DNA of 62,655 nucleotides, taken from contig JAOZRW010000009.1 of assembly GCA_029939995.1 (NCBI GenBank), positions 698 through 63,352 on the forward strand. Direction: 5' to 3'. The notes under the pieces are model-generated. The model ran no database searches and was not told the origin of the DNA. It saw only the letters and a program-made list of their open reading frames with translations. A program made the position numbers and the translations under genes. This DNA comes from Acidimicrobiia bacterium (lineage in GTDB: Bacteria; Actinomycetota; Acidimicrobiia; Spongiisociales; UBA5794). Shown piece by piece: positions 19,159 to 28,643 of the stretch; the first letter of the stretch is position 1; each line of letters starts with the position of its first letter.

Positions 19159-20172
19159 GTGGATACCAACTTGCTGATTCTGCTCGTCGTAGCGATCGTC
19201 ACCGTTGCGGTGGTCGTTGTCGTCGCGGTCATGCGCTCACGGCGGACGAAACCGCCGGCGGCGGCAGCCCCGGCGGTGACGGCCCCGGAGGAGGGGCTCC
19301 GCTCCCGGCTCGCCCGAACCCGTACGGCCCTCGGAGATCGGCTCGGCGGTCTGCTGCGGAGGGGATCGCTCGACGATGCGTTCTGGGACGAGCTCGAAGA
19401 GGTGCTGATCGCCGCCGACGTCGGCGTGGCGACTTCGTCGAAGGTCGTCGAGGCGGTGCGCAAGCAGAAGCCGGAGAGCGGTGACGAAGCCAGGCGGATG
19501 CTCGAGGAAGCCTTGATCGCCCAGATGTCGGGGCGCGACCGATCGATCCATCTCGAGGGCAAGCCGGCGATCGTTCTCGTGGTGGGCGTGAACGGCACGG
19601 GGAAGACCACATCGGTGGCCAAGATCGCCGGGCTGCTCGGTGAGAGCGGATCGACCACGGTTCTCGCTGCAGCCGACACGTTCCGAGCGGCCGCCGACGA
19701 GCAACTCCGCACATGGGCCGACCGGGTCGGCGTGGAAGTCGTGTCCGGGGCCCCGGGATCGGACCCCGCTTCGGTCGCCTTCGATGCCTACCGGCGTGCC
19801 GATGAGGTCGGTGCCGACGTGGTGATGGTCGACACGGCCGGACGCCTTCACTCCAAGTCGAACCTGATGGACGAGCTGGGCAAGGTGGCCAGGGTCCTCC
19901 GGCGTGAGGCGGGGGCGATCGGCGAGGTCCTCCTCGTACTCGACGGAACGACGGGTCAGAACGGGATCGGTCAGGCCAGGAGCTTCACCGACGCCGTCGG
20001 CGTCACCGGGATCGTGCTCACCAAGCTCGACGGCACGGCCAGGGGAGGCGTGGCCATCGCGGTCGAACAGGAACTCGACGTGCCCGTCAAGTACATCGGC
20101 GTCGGCGAAGGGCTTCACGATCTCGTACCATTCGAGCCGCGGGCGTTCGTCGAGGCCCTGCTGGAACCATGA
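19159..20172 (+). CDS. ftsY: SRP receptor FtsY with an N-terminal TM segment
   Basis: GVNGTGKTT, DTFRAAA, DTAGR and TKLDGTARGG. Confidence 0.95.
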   Translation: MDTNLLILLVVAIVTVAVVVVVAVMRSRRTKPPAAAAPAVTAPEEGLRSRLARTRTALGDRLGGLLRRGSLDDAFWDELEEVLIAADVGVATSSKVVEAVRKQKPESGDEARRMLEEALIAQMSGRDRSIHLEGKPAIVLVVGVNGTGKTTSVAKIAGLLGESGSTTVLAAADTFRAAADEQLRTWADRVGVEVVSGAPGSDPASVAFDAYRRADEVGADVVMVDTAGRLHSKSNLMDELGKVARVLRREAGAIGEVLLVLDGTTGQNGIGQARSFTDAVGVTGIVLTKLDGTARGGVAIAVEQELDVPVKYIGVGEGLHDLVPFEPRAFVEALLEP

Positions 20173-20567
20173 ACGAAGCACACAGGCTGATCCGGGAAGC
20201 TCGATCGGTGGCGGCGAACTCCTACTCGCCGTACAGCCGGTTCCGCGTCGGCGCAGCCGTCGTCGCTGCGGACGGCACGGAGTACACCGGATGCAACGTC
20301 GAGAACGCGGCATACGGGTCGTCGATCTGCGCCGAGGCGAACGCCATCACGACGGCGGCCGCCGACGGTGTTCGGAAGATCGACACGCTCGCCGTCGTGT
20401 GCCTCGACGGTGAGGGATGCACGCCGTGCGGGAACTGCCGGCAACTGATGCGCGAGTTCGGCGTCGACACCGTCGTCCTCACCGACGAGCACGGCGAACC
20501 GGTGCAGTTCCGCCTCGATGAGCTGTTGCCGCACTCGTTCGGGCCGGAGTCTCTTCCTCGGTCCTAA
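20169..20567 (+). CDS. cdd: Cytidine deaminase (tetrameric type)
   Basis: [22 protein letters not shown] and PCGNCRQ. Confidence 0.93.
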   Translation: MNEAHRLIREARSVAANSYSPYSRFRVGAAVVAADGTEYTGCNVENAAYGSSICAEANAITTAAADGVRKIDTLAVVCLDGEGCTPCGNCRQLMREFGVDTVVLTDEHGEPVQFRLDELLPHSFGPESLPRS

Positions 20568-21514
20568 CGGGCCTGCAACGCCTCCGTCACCTTCGGCACC
20601 ACCTGATGCAAGTCTCCGATGATGCCGAGGTCGGCAACGCTGAAGATCGGAGCATCCGGATCCTTGTTGATCGCGATGATCGTGCCGGAGTCCTTCATGC
20701 CGACGAGATGCTGCATGGCACCCGACACGCCGGCGGCGATGTAGACATCCGGCTTGATGGTCTTACCGGTCTGCCCCACCTGGAGCCGGGCCGGCACCCA
20801 TCCGGCGTCGATGACGGCACGGGTCGCACCGACCGCGGCACCGAGCTGTGACGCCAGATCTTCGATGACGCTCCACTTGTCCTGACTGCCGACTCCGCGT
20901 CCGCCCGACACGACGATCGAGGCGGCTTCGAGATCGGGGCCTTCGCTCGCCTCGACGTGTGACTCGACGATGACGGCCGAGCCGGACCGCCCGACGTCGG
21001 GCATCGACACCTCGGAGACCGGGGGAGTGGCCCCACCGGACGGCTCCGCCGGGAACGCCTTCGGACGGACGATCACCAGAGCAGGGGCCGGTCCGGTCGT
21101 CTCGGTGACGACCGCCTCGACACCACCGAGGATCTCGCTGGTGACGCTCACGCTCCCGTCGATCGAGATCTCCACGGCGTTGGCGAGAACCGGTCGGCCG
21201 ATCCGTGCGGAGAGGCGCCCCGCGACGTCTCGGTCCGTGTTGCCCATGCCGAACAGGACGATCTCGCCGCCGTGCTCGTCGAGGAGCGACGCCAGCGCCG
21301 CGGCCGCAGCGGCCGCCGGGAGATGATCGTCGATCGAGAGATGGAAGATCTGCGCGGCGCCGTGCTCACCGAGTTCGGCGAAGGCCTCGCCGGAGCCCGC
21401 GCCGATGTGGAACACCGCCGCGTCGCCGAAGGTCCGGGCCTTCGTCAGCAACTCGAGAGCGGATGCCGGAGCATGCCCGTCGGACTCTTCGCTGAATACC
21501 CAAGTTGTCGTCAT
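20564..21514 (-). CDS. etfA: Electron transfer flavoprotein alpha subunit
   Basis: [24 protein letters not shown] and [10 protein letters not shown]. Confidence 0.95.
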   Translation of the reverse strand: MTTTWVFSEESDGHAPASALELLTKARTFGDAAVFHIGAGSGEAFAELGEHGAAQIFHLSIDDHLPAAAAAAALASLLDEHGGEIVLFGMGNTDRDVAGRLSARIGRPVLANAVEISIDGSVSVTSEILGGVEAVVTETTGPAPALVIVRPKAFPAEPSGGATPPVSEVSMPDVGRSGSAVIVESHVEASEGPDLEAASIVVSGGRGVGSQDKWSVIEDLASQLGAAVGATRAVIDAGWVPARLQVGQTGKTIKPDVYIAAGVSGAMQHLVGMKDSGTIIAINKDPDAPIFSVADLGIIGDLHQVVPKVTEALQAR

Positions 21515-22291
21515 CTAGATCACCTTCACCTGTTCGAGCAGTGCGACGATCTTGAGGTAGCCCTCGCCGTCGTCTTCCACGATCTCACCGGCTTCTCTGG
21601 CGGGGATGGGCTCGACCGATGTGATGGTCTGACCGGCTGCCGCTTCTCCGACCTGATCGGCGCTGAAGCCGAGGTCTTCGGCCGTCAGCGTGTCGATCGG
21701 TTTCTTCTTGGCCTGCATGATCCCCTTGAAGGTCGGATAGCGGGGCTCCACGACCCCGGAGGTCACCGAGAGCAAGGCCGGGAGCGGCGCCTCGACGACG
21801 TCGTAGCCTCCCGCCGTCTGCTGCTCGATGCGGATGCCGCCGTCGGTCACTTCGACCTTGCGTGCGAACGTCAGCGACGGCACGTCGACCAGTTCGGCGA
21901 TCTGCTGCGGAACGACGCCGGTGTATCCGTCCGTCGACTCGGTGCCGGCGATGACGAGATCGAAGCCCTCGCGTTCGATCGCCGCGGCCAGCACTCTCGA
22001 GGTCGTCAGAGCGTCGGAGCCGGCGAGGTTCTCATCGTCGATGATGACGGCCTTGTCCGCGCCCATCGCCAGCGCCTGTCGGATTCCCTGGAGCGACCCG
22101 GAGGGAGACATCGAGAACAACGTGACCGTTCCCTCGCTCGCTTCGGCGAGCTGGAGCCCGACCTCGACACCGAACCGGTCGGTGTCGTCGAGGACCTGGT
22201 CGTTGGGACGCACGACCCGGTGCGTGACGGGATCCAGGTCGTAGGGCGTCGCCGGATCTGGGATCTGTTTCACACAGACCGCGATTCTCAT
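21515..22291 (-). CDS. etfB: Electron transfer flavoprotein beta subunit
   Basis: CVKQIPD, ALAMGAD, GSDALTT and EPRYPT. Confidence 0.95.
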   Translation of the reverse strand: MRIAVCVKQIPDPATPYDLDPVTHRVVRPNDQVLDDTDRFGVEVGLQLAEASEGTVTLFSMSPSGSLQGIRQALAMGADKAVIIDDENLAGSDALTTSRVLAAAIEREGFDLVIAGTESTDGYTGVVPQQIAELVDVPSLTFARKVEVTDGGIRIEQQTAGGYDVVEAPLPALLSVTSGVVEPRYPTFKGIMQAKKKPIDTLTAEDLGFSADQVGEAAAGQTITSVEPIPAREAGEIVEDDGEGYLKIVALLEQVKVI

Positions 22292-22361
22292 AACGCTTTC
22301 GCTCCTTGCATCGGTTGCGGAGATGATACCCCAACTTTGAGCGACGGCTCAAAAACCGACG

Positions 22362-23189
22362 TCAGGGGCCTACGAGGAGCGGGAGGAGGGCATCGAGAAC
22401 GGCGGTGAAACGGCCGCGGGCTTCGGTGGCGGTCTCCGTCACTTCCTCATGGGACAACGGCGCGTCGGTGATGCCCGCTGCGTAGTTCGTCACGAGAGAG
22501 ATCCCCGCGACGTCGACGCCCATGTGGTTGAGGGCGATCGCCTCCGGAACCGTCGACATGCCGACGAGGTCGCCGCCGGCCCGCCGGACCATCTCGATCT
22601 CTGCCGGAGTCTCGTAGCTCGGCCCGAGGAACCAGGCGTACACGCCTTCGCGATAGGTGACCCCCGCCGTCTCGAACGCTCGCCGGATGAGACCGCGCAC
22701 CCGCTGCGAGTAGACCTCGCTCATGTCGGGGAACCGCGGACCGAGACGATCGTCGTTGTCGCCGACGAGAGGATTCCGTGCCGTGTAGTTGAGGTGGTCC
22801 CGGATCGCCACGAGGTCACCTGGCGAGAGGCCTTCTCCGAGCCCTCCCGCGGCGTTCGTCAGCAGGACGGTGGAGGCCCCGGCCAGGGCGGCCGTCCGGA
22901 CGCCGAAGACGACATCGGAGAGATCCCAGCCTTCGTAGGTGTGGACGCGTCCGGCGAAGAGGAGGACGGCGCCGTCGCCGACCGAAGCGGAGAAGAGGCT
23001 GCCACCGTGACCGACGATGCGCGGTTCGGGGAAGTGAGGGATGTCGGCGTAGGGGACCTCGACGGCGTCGTCGAGGGATGCCGCGTATCCGCTCAGCCCG
23101 GATCCGAGCACGACGGCCGCCTGATGCCGTTCGCGTCCCGTCCGCTGCGCGATGACGGCTGCGGCTTCCTGCAAGTGTTCGTACGTCAT
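22362..23189 (-). CDS. punA: Purine nucleoside phosphorylase (trimeric, PNP-I)
   Basis: VLGSGL, GRVHTYEG, TNAAGG, GPSYETPAE and GMSTVPE; ATG 23189 overlaps the deoA stop. Confidence 0.92.
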   Translation of the reverse strand: MTYEHLQEAAAVIAQRTGRERHQAAVVLGSGLSGYAASLDDAVEVPYADIPHFPEPRIVGHGGSLFSASVGDGAVLLFAGRVHTYEGWDLSDVVFGVRTAALAGASTVLLTNAAGGLGEGLSPGDLVAIRDHLNYTARNPLVGDNDDRLGPRFPDMSEVYSQRVRGLIRRAFETAGVTYREGVYAWFLGPSYETPAEIEMVRRAGGDLVGMSTVPEAIALNHMGVDVAGISLVTNYAAGITDAPLSHEEVTETATEARGRFTAVLDALLPLLVGP

Positions 23190-24496
23190 CTCACCTCTCC
23201 AAGGATCAGCGGGCGTGTCTCTTGTGGTTCGTCGGTCAGGGTCCATGCCGTGTCGAGGACATCGAGGCAGGAGGCCAGTTGATCATCGGTGTTGTAGCGG
23301 ACCGTGGCGAGCGGCATCTCGGCCTCGACGGCATCGCCGACCTTGGCGTGAACGGTGATGCCGACCCCCGGGTCGATGTCGTCCTCTTTGGCCTGGCGTC
23401 CGGCCCCCAGGCGTACCGCGGCCCGTCCGACCGAGAGGGCGTCGCATCGTTCGACGAAGCCGGTCCGGTCGGCGACGACCGTGTGGACGCTCCCGGCGAT
23501 CGGGAGGAGCGACGGATCGTCGAGCACGCGGGGATCCCCGCCCTGCGCCTCGATGACCCGGGCGAAGACCTCGAGGCCTGCTCCGGACGAGACCGCCGCC
23601 TCGAGCCGGGCTCTGGCGTCGGCGGCGTCCCCGGAGACACCGCCGAGGATGAGCATCTCCTCGCCGAGCCGCATCGTGAGCTCCGTCACGTCCGCGGGCC
23701 CTTCTCCGCGAAGCGTGGCGATCGACTCCACCATCTCGTTGGCGTTCCCGACCTCACGGCCGAGCGGCTGATCCATGTCGGTGAGGATGCCGACGACGGG
23801 GGTGTCGTGGGATGCCCCGATCCCGACCATCGTGCGGGCGAGCTCCGTCCCGGAGGCGACGTCCTTCATGAACGCCCCGGACCCGATCTTCACGTCGAGC
23901 ACGAGACCGTCGAGGTCCTCGGCGAGCTTCTTGGACATGATCGACGACGAGATAAGCGGGATCGACGGAACCGTCCCCGAGGCGTCGCGCAGCGCGTAGA
24001 TGCGGCGATCCGCCGGAACGAGGGTCTCAGATTGCCCTCCGAGGACGAGACCGATCGCATCGAGTTGCCTGGCGAACTCGTCCGGATCGAGGCGGGTCCG
24101 AAATCCGGGGATCGTCTCGAGCTTGTCCAGCGTGCCCCCCGTGTGCCCGAGGCCGCGGCCGGACATCATCGGCACGGCGACGCCGCAGGCGACCACCAGC
24201 GGGGCGAGCGGGATACTGATCTTGTCGCCGACACCGCCGGTCGAGTGCTTGTCGATCTTCGGCAGGTTCGTGGAGGACAGGTCGAGCACGTCGCCGGAGT
24301 GCAGCATGGCATCCGTCCACGCGGCGAGCTCGTTCCCCGACATGCCGCGGAACATCACCGCCATCAGGAACGCCGAGAGCTGATAGTCGGGGATGCGGTC
24401 CGCCGTGTACTCGGCGATCATCCACTCGAGCTCGTCTGCCGTGAGCTCGCCGCCGTCACGCTTCGTCCTGATCAACTCCGGCATGCTGTAACTCAT
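23186..24496 (-). CDS. deoA: Thymidine/pyrimidine-nucleoside phosphorylase
   Basis: DKHSTGGVGDK, SGRGLGHTGGTLDKLE and SIMSKK. Confidence 0.95.
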   Translation of the reverse strand: MSYSMPELIRTKRDGGELTADELEWMIAEYTADRIPDYQLSAFLMAVMFRGMSGNELAAWTDAMLHSGDVLDLSSTNLPKIDKHSTGGVGDKISIPLAPLVVACGVAVPMMSGRGLGHTGGTLDKLETIPGFRTRLDPDEFARQLDAIGLVLGGQSETLVPADRRIYALRDASGTVPSIPLISSSIMSKKLAEDLDGLVLDVKIGSGAFMKDVASGTELARTMVGIGASHDTPVVGILTDMDQPLGREVGNANEMVESIATLRGEGPADVTELTMRLGEEMLILGGVSGDAADARARLEAAVSSGAGLEVFARVIEAQGGDPRVLDDPSLLPIAGSVHTVVADRTGFVERCDALSVGRAAVRLGAGRQAKEDDIDPGVGITVHAKVGDAVEAEMPLATVRYNTDDQLASCLDVLDTAWTLTDEPQETRPLILGEVR

Positions 24497-24789
24497 CGTG
24501 GCTCCATATCGGGGCTGGCATTGTCGCGCATCACCACCCGTCCGTCGACAACGGTGACACCCTCGCTCCGAAGCAGCTCCGCCTGGCGTGACTCATGCCC
24601 GGGGGCGAGGCGACCATTTCTCGCCACCACCCGCCACCACGGAAGATCGGGAGTCAACCGGACGAGGTTGCCCACCGCCCGTGCAGCACCGGGGAAGCCC
24701 GCCTCTTCTGCCACCTCGCCGTACGAGGCCACTTCTCCAGGATCGAGCAGGAGGATCACCTTGATCACTTCCTCGGTGAAATCCTTCAC
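24493..24789 (-). CDS. Alkyltransferase-like (ATL/YbaZ) DNA-binding protein
   Basis: PGEVASYGEVA, ARAVG and PWWRV (Trp in place of the catalytic Cys); GTG start overlaps the upstream stop. Confidence 0.85.
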   Translation of the reverse strand: MKDFTEEVIKVILLLDPGEVASYGEVAEEAGFPGAARAVGNLVRLTPDLPWWRVVARNGRLAPGHESRQAELLRSEGVTVVDGRVVMRDNASPDMEPR

Positions 24790-25436
24790 GGCTTGCGCAC
24801 CGTTACGAGTTGATAGTGCATGTCGACCGGATCGTCGGGGCGATCGGTCGTGGTCACGAAGCGTTCGATGGTGAATACCGCGCCGACCGCTTCCGTGACT
24901 TCCTCGTCGTCGCGCAGGGCGAAGAACCGCGGCGGCGTGTAGTCGTCGCCCTCCCATACCCCGGAGGTACCGCGCCCGGCATTGCGGCCGCCCCACAGGC
25001 CGATCATGGCGATTCCCCCGGGCACGAGCACACGAGCCATCTCTTCGAGGACACCGTTGAGATCAGCGTCGGGAACGTGCATGAGACAGCTCATTGCCCA
25101 AGCGGCGTCGAATGAGTCATCGGGGAAGTCGAGGTCGTAGAAGTCTCCGACCACGGCGTCGACGCCCTTCGCCCGGCACCGTGCCACGTTCTCGGGAGAG
25201 AGGTCGGTTGCCACGATGGCGAACCCCTCGGTCTGGAAGAACACGGCGCTGTGGCCTGACCCTGCACCGATCTCGAGTATCCGCGATTTGCCCTCAGAGC
25301 GCAGCATCTCAGCGAATGCCCGTTGATGAGCCGCTCTCCATTCGGCTTCCCCGCGTTCGTCGCGGGCATCGGCCGCGGCGTCGTACGCGCGAATGAGGTC
25401 TCTCCTGATGGCCTGCGAATCGGCCGGTTCGATCAA
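24786..25436 (-). CDS. Class I SAM-dependent methyltransferase
   Basis: ILEIGAGSG, TDLS, FPDDSFD and RVLVPGG. Confidence 0.85.
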   Translation of the reverse strand: MIEPADSQAIRRDLIRAYDAAADARDERGEAEWRAAHQRAFAEMLRSEGKSRILEIGAGSGHSAVFFQTEGFAIVATDLSPENVARCRAKGVDAVVGDFYDLDFPDDSFDAAWAMSCLMHVPDADLNGVLEEMARVLVPGGIAMIGLWGGRNAGRGTSGVWEGDDYTPPRFFALRDDEEVTEAVGAVFTIERFVTTTDRPDDPVDMHYQLVTVRKP

Positions 25437-26050
25437 AGCGTTCCGAACAGCCGATCGCCCATGTCGCCGAGGCCGGGCACGATGTACGCGGTGTCGTTCA
25501 ACTCGCGGTCGTGGGCCGCCGCGACGATGTGAACGTCGGGATGATCGTCGTACATCTTCCGGACCCCGTCGGGTGCGGTCACGACGCAGAGCGCGGTGAT
25601 GTCCTTCGCTCCCGACGACTTGACCTTGTCGACGGCCCAGGAGAGGGACCCGCCGGTTGCGAGCATCGGCTCGAGGATGAACACCGACGCGTTCGACAGG
25701 TCGGGGAGACGTGCGTAGTACTCCTGGGGGAGAGCCGTTTCCTCGTCTCGCTGCACGCCGGCGAATCCGACTTTGCAGTTGGGGATCATCGAGAGAACGG
25801 CGTCGAGCATCCCCAATCCCGCTCGCAGCACCGCCACGGCGACGACGTCGTGGACCTCGTAGCCGGTCGTCTTCTCCATCGGGGTCTCGACCTCGACTTC
25901 GGTGAGTGGAAGCCGCTTCGTCGCCTCCAGGATGAGGCTGTACGTGAGTCCCCGAGCGGCAGCTCTGAACGCTTCGGGTTCCGTGTTCGTGTCACGGAGG
26001 ACGGTGAGATAGTGCCGGGCGAGCGGGTGGTCGATCACGGTGAGATTCAT
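25433..26050 (-). CDS. upp: Uracil phosphoribosyltransferase
   Basis: HPL, VLRAGLGM, PMLATGGS and YIVPGLGDMGDRLFGT. Confidence 0.95.
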   Translation of the reverse strand: MNLTVIDHPLARHYLTVLRDTNTEPEAFRAAARGLTYSLILEATKRLPLTEVEVETPMEKTTGYEVHDVVAVAVLRAGLGMLDAVLSMIPNCKVGFAGVQRDEETALPQEYYARLPDLSNASVFILEPMLATGGSLSWAVDKVKSSGAKDITALCVVTAPDGVRKMYDDHPDVHIVAAAHDRELNDTAYIVPGLGDMGDRLFGTL

Positions 26051-26103
26051 GAGGTGATTGTCGCACGTCGTGTGTCTCGCTGCCACCCGTAGAATGAGCC
26101 CGC

Positions 26104-27444
26104 ATGTTCGACTCCCTCTCCGATCGGCTGAACGACACCTTCTCGCGGTTGCGCGGGAAAGGGCGTCTCTCCGAATCCGACGTCAACGACGCGCTGCGCG
26201 AGGTTCGCATCGCCCTCCTCGAAGCCGACGTCAACGTGTCGGTCGTCAAGTCCATGCTCGGCCGGGTGAAGGAACGCGCCGTCGGGAGCGAGGTCACGAA
26301 GAGCCTCACACCGGGACAACAGGTCATCAAGATCGTGCACGAAGAGCTGATCACGACGCTCGGCGCCGAGGAGGCTCCGCTCGTCCGACCGGCCGCGCCG
26401 CCGCTCGTCATCCTCATGGTCGGTTTGCAGGGATCGGGGAAGACGACCACCGCGGCGAAGCTCGCGAAACACTTGAAGGGCAAGGGTCGGCGCCCGATGC
26501 TCGTCGCGGCCGACCTCCAGCGGCCGGCCGCCATCGACCAGTTGGAGTCGCTCGGGAAGCGCATCGACGTGCCGGTCTTCGTCGACCGGAAGGCGAAGGC
26601 ACCGAAACTCGTGAAAGCGGCGATGAAGCAGGCGCGGAGCGACGGCGCGAACGTCGTCATCATCGACACGGCCGGACGCCTCCAGGTGGATCAGGCGCTG
26701 ATGAAGGAACTCGCGGCGATGCGCAAGGTGGCGAACCCCGACGAGGTCCTTCTCGTGCTCGACGCCATGACCGGCCAGGAAGCGGTCAACGTCGCGAACG
26801 GCTTCCTCGAGTACACCGACCTGACCGGCCTCGTCCTGACCAAACTCGACGGCGATGCCCGCGGCGGTGCCGCCATCTCCGCACGCGAGGTCACCGGCCG
26901 GCCGATCAAGTTCGTCGGCGTCGGCGAGGGCATCGACGAACTCGATGTCTTCTATCCGGACCGGATGGCGTCCCGGATCCTCGGGATGGGCGACGTGCTG
27001 TCGCTGATCGAAAAGGCCGAGACCATCTACGACGAGAAGGAGGCGGAGAAGGCGGCGGCGAAGATGCTCGACGCCACGTTCAACCTCGAGGACTTCCTCG
27101 AGCAGTTCCAGCAGATCAAGAAGATGGGACCATTGCAACAGCTGGTTGGTATGCTCCCAGGCGCCGGATCGGCGCTGCGCGACGTTGAGATCGACGATCG
27201 TCAGCTCGGTCGTGTGGAAGCCATCATCCGGTCGATGACCCCAGCGGAGCGCCGGGATCCCAAGCTCATCAATGGGAGCCGCAAACGTCGCATCGCGAAG
27301 GGTTCGGGGACGCGACCGCAGGACGTCAACGTGCTGCTCAAGCAATTCTCCGAGACACAGAAGATGATGAAGGCATTCGCCGGCGGTAAGAGCCCCATCC
27401 CCGGGCTCAACATGCCGGGGATGGGCCGCAAGAAGAAGAGGTAG
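26104..27444 (+). CDS. ffh: Signal recognition particle protein Ffh
   Basis: [25 protein letters not shown] and an M domain with [11 protein letters not shown]. Confidence 0.97.
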   Translation: MFDSLSDRLNDTFSRLRGKGRLSESDVNDALREVRIALLEADVNVSVVKSMLGRVKERAVGSEVTKSLTPGQQVIKIVHEELITTLGAEEAPLVRPAAPPLVILMVGLQGSGKTTTAAKLAKHLKGKGRRPMLVAADLQRPAAIDQLESLGKRIDVPVFVDRKAKAPKLVKAAMKQARSDGANVVIIDTAGRLQVDQALMKELAAMRKVANPDEVLLVLDAMTGQEAVNVANGFLEYTDLTGLVLTKLDGDARGGAAISAREVTGRPIKFVGVGEGIDELDVFYPDRMASRILGMGDVLSLIEKAETIYDEKEAEKAAAKMLDATFNLEDFLEQFQQIKKMGPLQQLVGMLPGAGSALRDVEIDDRQLGRVEAIIRSMTPAERRDPKLINGSRKRRIAKGSGTRPQDVNVLLKQFSETQKMMKAFAGGKSPIPGLNMPGMGRKKKR

Positions 27445-27446
27445 AC

Positions 27447-27845
27447 ATGCCGGTGAAGATCCGCCTGACACGGTTGGGTAAGAAGAAGCAGCCCTCCTAT
27501 CGCGTCGTGGTGATGGACTCACGCAAACCGCGCGATGGGAAGTACATCGAGCAGATCGGCCGGTACGACGCCCGCCAGGAGCCGTCGCTCATCGAGATCG
27601 ACAACGCGAAGGCCGTCAAGTGGCTCCAGAACGGGGCCCAGCCGACCGACCGCGTGAAGAAGCTCCTCGAGATCAGCGGTGCCTGGACCGAGTTCAAGGT
27701 CGCACGCGGCGACGTGCTCGTCGTCGGGGACACCCCGGAGCCGAAGACCGAACCGGCCCCCGTGATCCTCGATGAGATCGTCGAAGAGGCCGCAGTCGAA
27801 GAAGAGACCGCCGAGGCAGCGACCGAAGGAACGGAAGAAGCATGA
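27447..27845 (+). CDS. rpsP: 30S ribosomal protein S16 with an acidic tail
   Basis: [27 protein letters not shown] and GAQPTD. Confidence 0.97.
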   Translation: MPVKIRLTRLGKKKQPSYRVVVMDSRKPRDGKYIEQIGRYDARQEPSLIEIDNAKAVKWLQNGAQPTDRVKKLLEISGAWTEFKVARGDVLVVGDTPEPKTEPAPVILDEIVEEAAVEEETAEAATEGTEEA

Positions 27846-28093
27846 AACAGGGCGAGATCGTCGAAAAGGTCGTTACTTACGTCGTGACGCAGATCGTCGA
27901 CGACCCGGACTCGGTCGCCGTCGAGATCGTCGCGGACGGCGACGACGCGATCGTCGCCGAGGTGCGGACCGCCAAGTCGGACATGGGTCGTGTCATCGGG
28001 CGCCGCGGACGCGTCGCTCGCGCGATCAGGTCCGTCGCTTCGGTGGCCGGGGACGAAGAAGGCGTGTCCGTCGAGGTCGACTTCCTCGACTGA
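27842..28093 (+). CDS. khpA: KH-domain RNA-binding protein KhpA
   Basis: [12 protein letters not shown] motif; conserved position between rpsP and rimM. Confidence 0.92.
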   Translation: MKQGEIVEKVVTYVVTQIVDDPDSVAVEIVADGDDAIVAEVRTAKSDMGRVIGRRGRVARAIRSVASVAGDEEGVSVEVDFLD

Positions 28094-28094
28094 C

Positions 28095-28604
28095 GTGGAC
28101 CGGATCCTCGTCGGATACGTTCGCAGAGCGCACGGCATCAAGGGTGCCGTGATCGTGCGTCCTCTCACCGACGATCCCGAGCAGCGGTGGGCCGTCGGCT
28201 CGGTCGTCACGAGCGATGCCGAACCACCCGTCGACTACACGGTCGTGGCCTCATCCGAACATCCGGCCGGCGTCCTCGTACGGTTCTCCACGGTCGACGA
28301 CCGGAACACGGCCGAAGCCCTGCAGGGAACCTCGTTCACCATCCCTCCCGATGAGCGGAGGGATCTCGGTGACGACGAATACTGGCCGGATGACCTCGTG
28401 GGCTGCTCGGTCGTCGACCGGGACGGGAATCTGCTGGGAGTCGTCGAATCCGTCGTCTTCGGCGCCGCGCAGGACCGCCTCGCCGTGCGCACCGAGAGAG
28501 GCATCGTCGAGGTCCCGATGGTGGAAGCCATCACCCCGACGATCGACGTCGACGGCCGCACGATCGTCGCCACCCCACCGCCGGGTCTCTTCGACCCCGA
28601 GTGA
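28095..28604 (+). CDS. rimM: Ribosome maturation factor RimM
   Basis: VGYVRRAHGIKG, DRNTAEALQG, DEYWPDDLVG and PPPGLF; GTG start 1 nt after the khpA stop. Confidence 0.92.
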   Translation: MDRILVGYVRRAHGIKGAVIVRPLTDDPEQRWAVGSVVTSDAEPPVDYTVVASSEHPAGVLVRFSTVDDRNTAEALQGTSFTIPPDERRDLGDDEYWPDDLVGCSVVDRDGNLLGVVESVVFGAAQDRLAVRTERGIVEVPMVEAITPTIDVDGRTIVATPPPGLFDPE

Positions 28605-28643
28605 TGGACCGTCAGGCCGTTCGCACGGCGTATCCTGGGAGCC

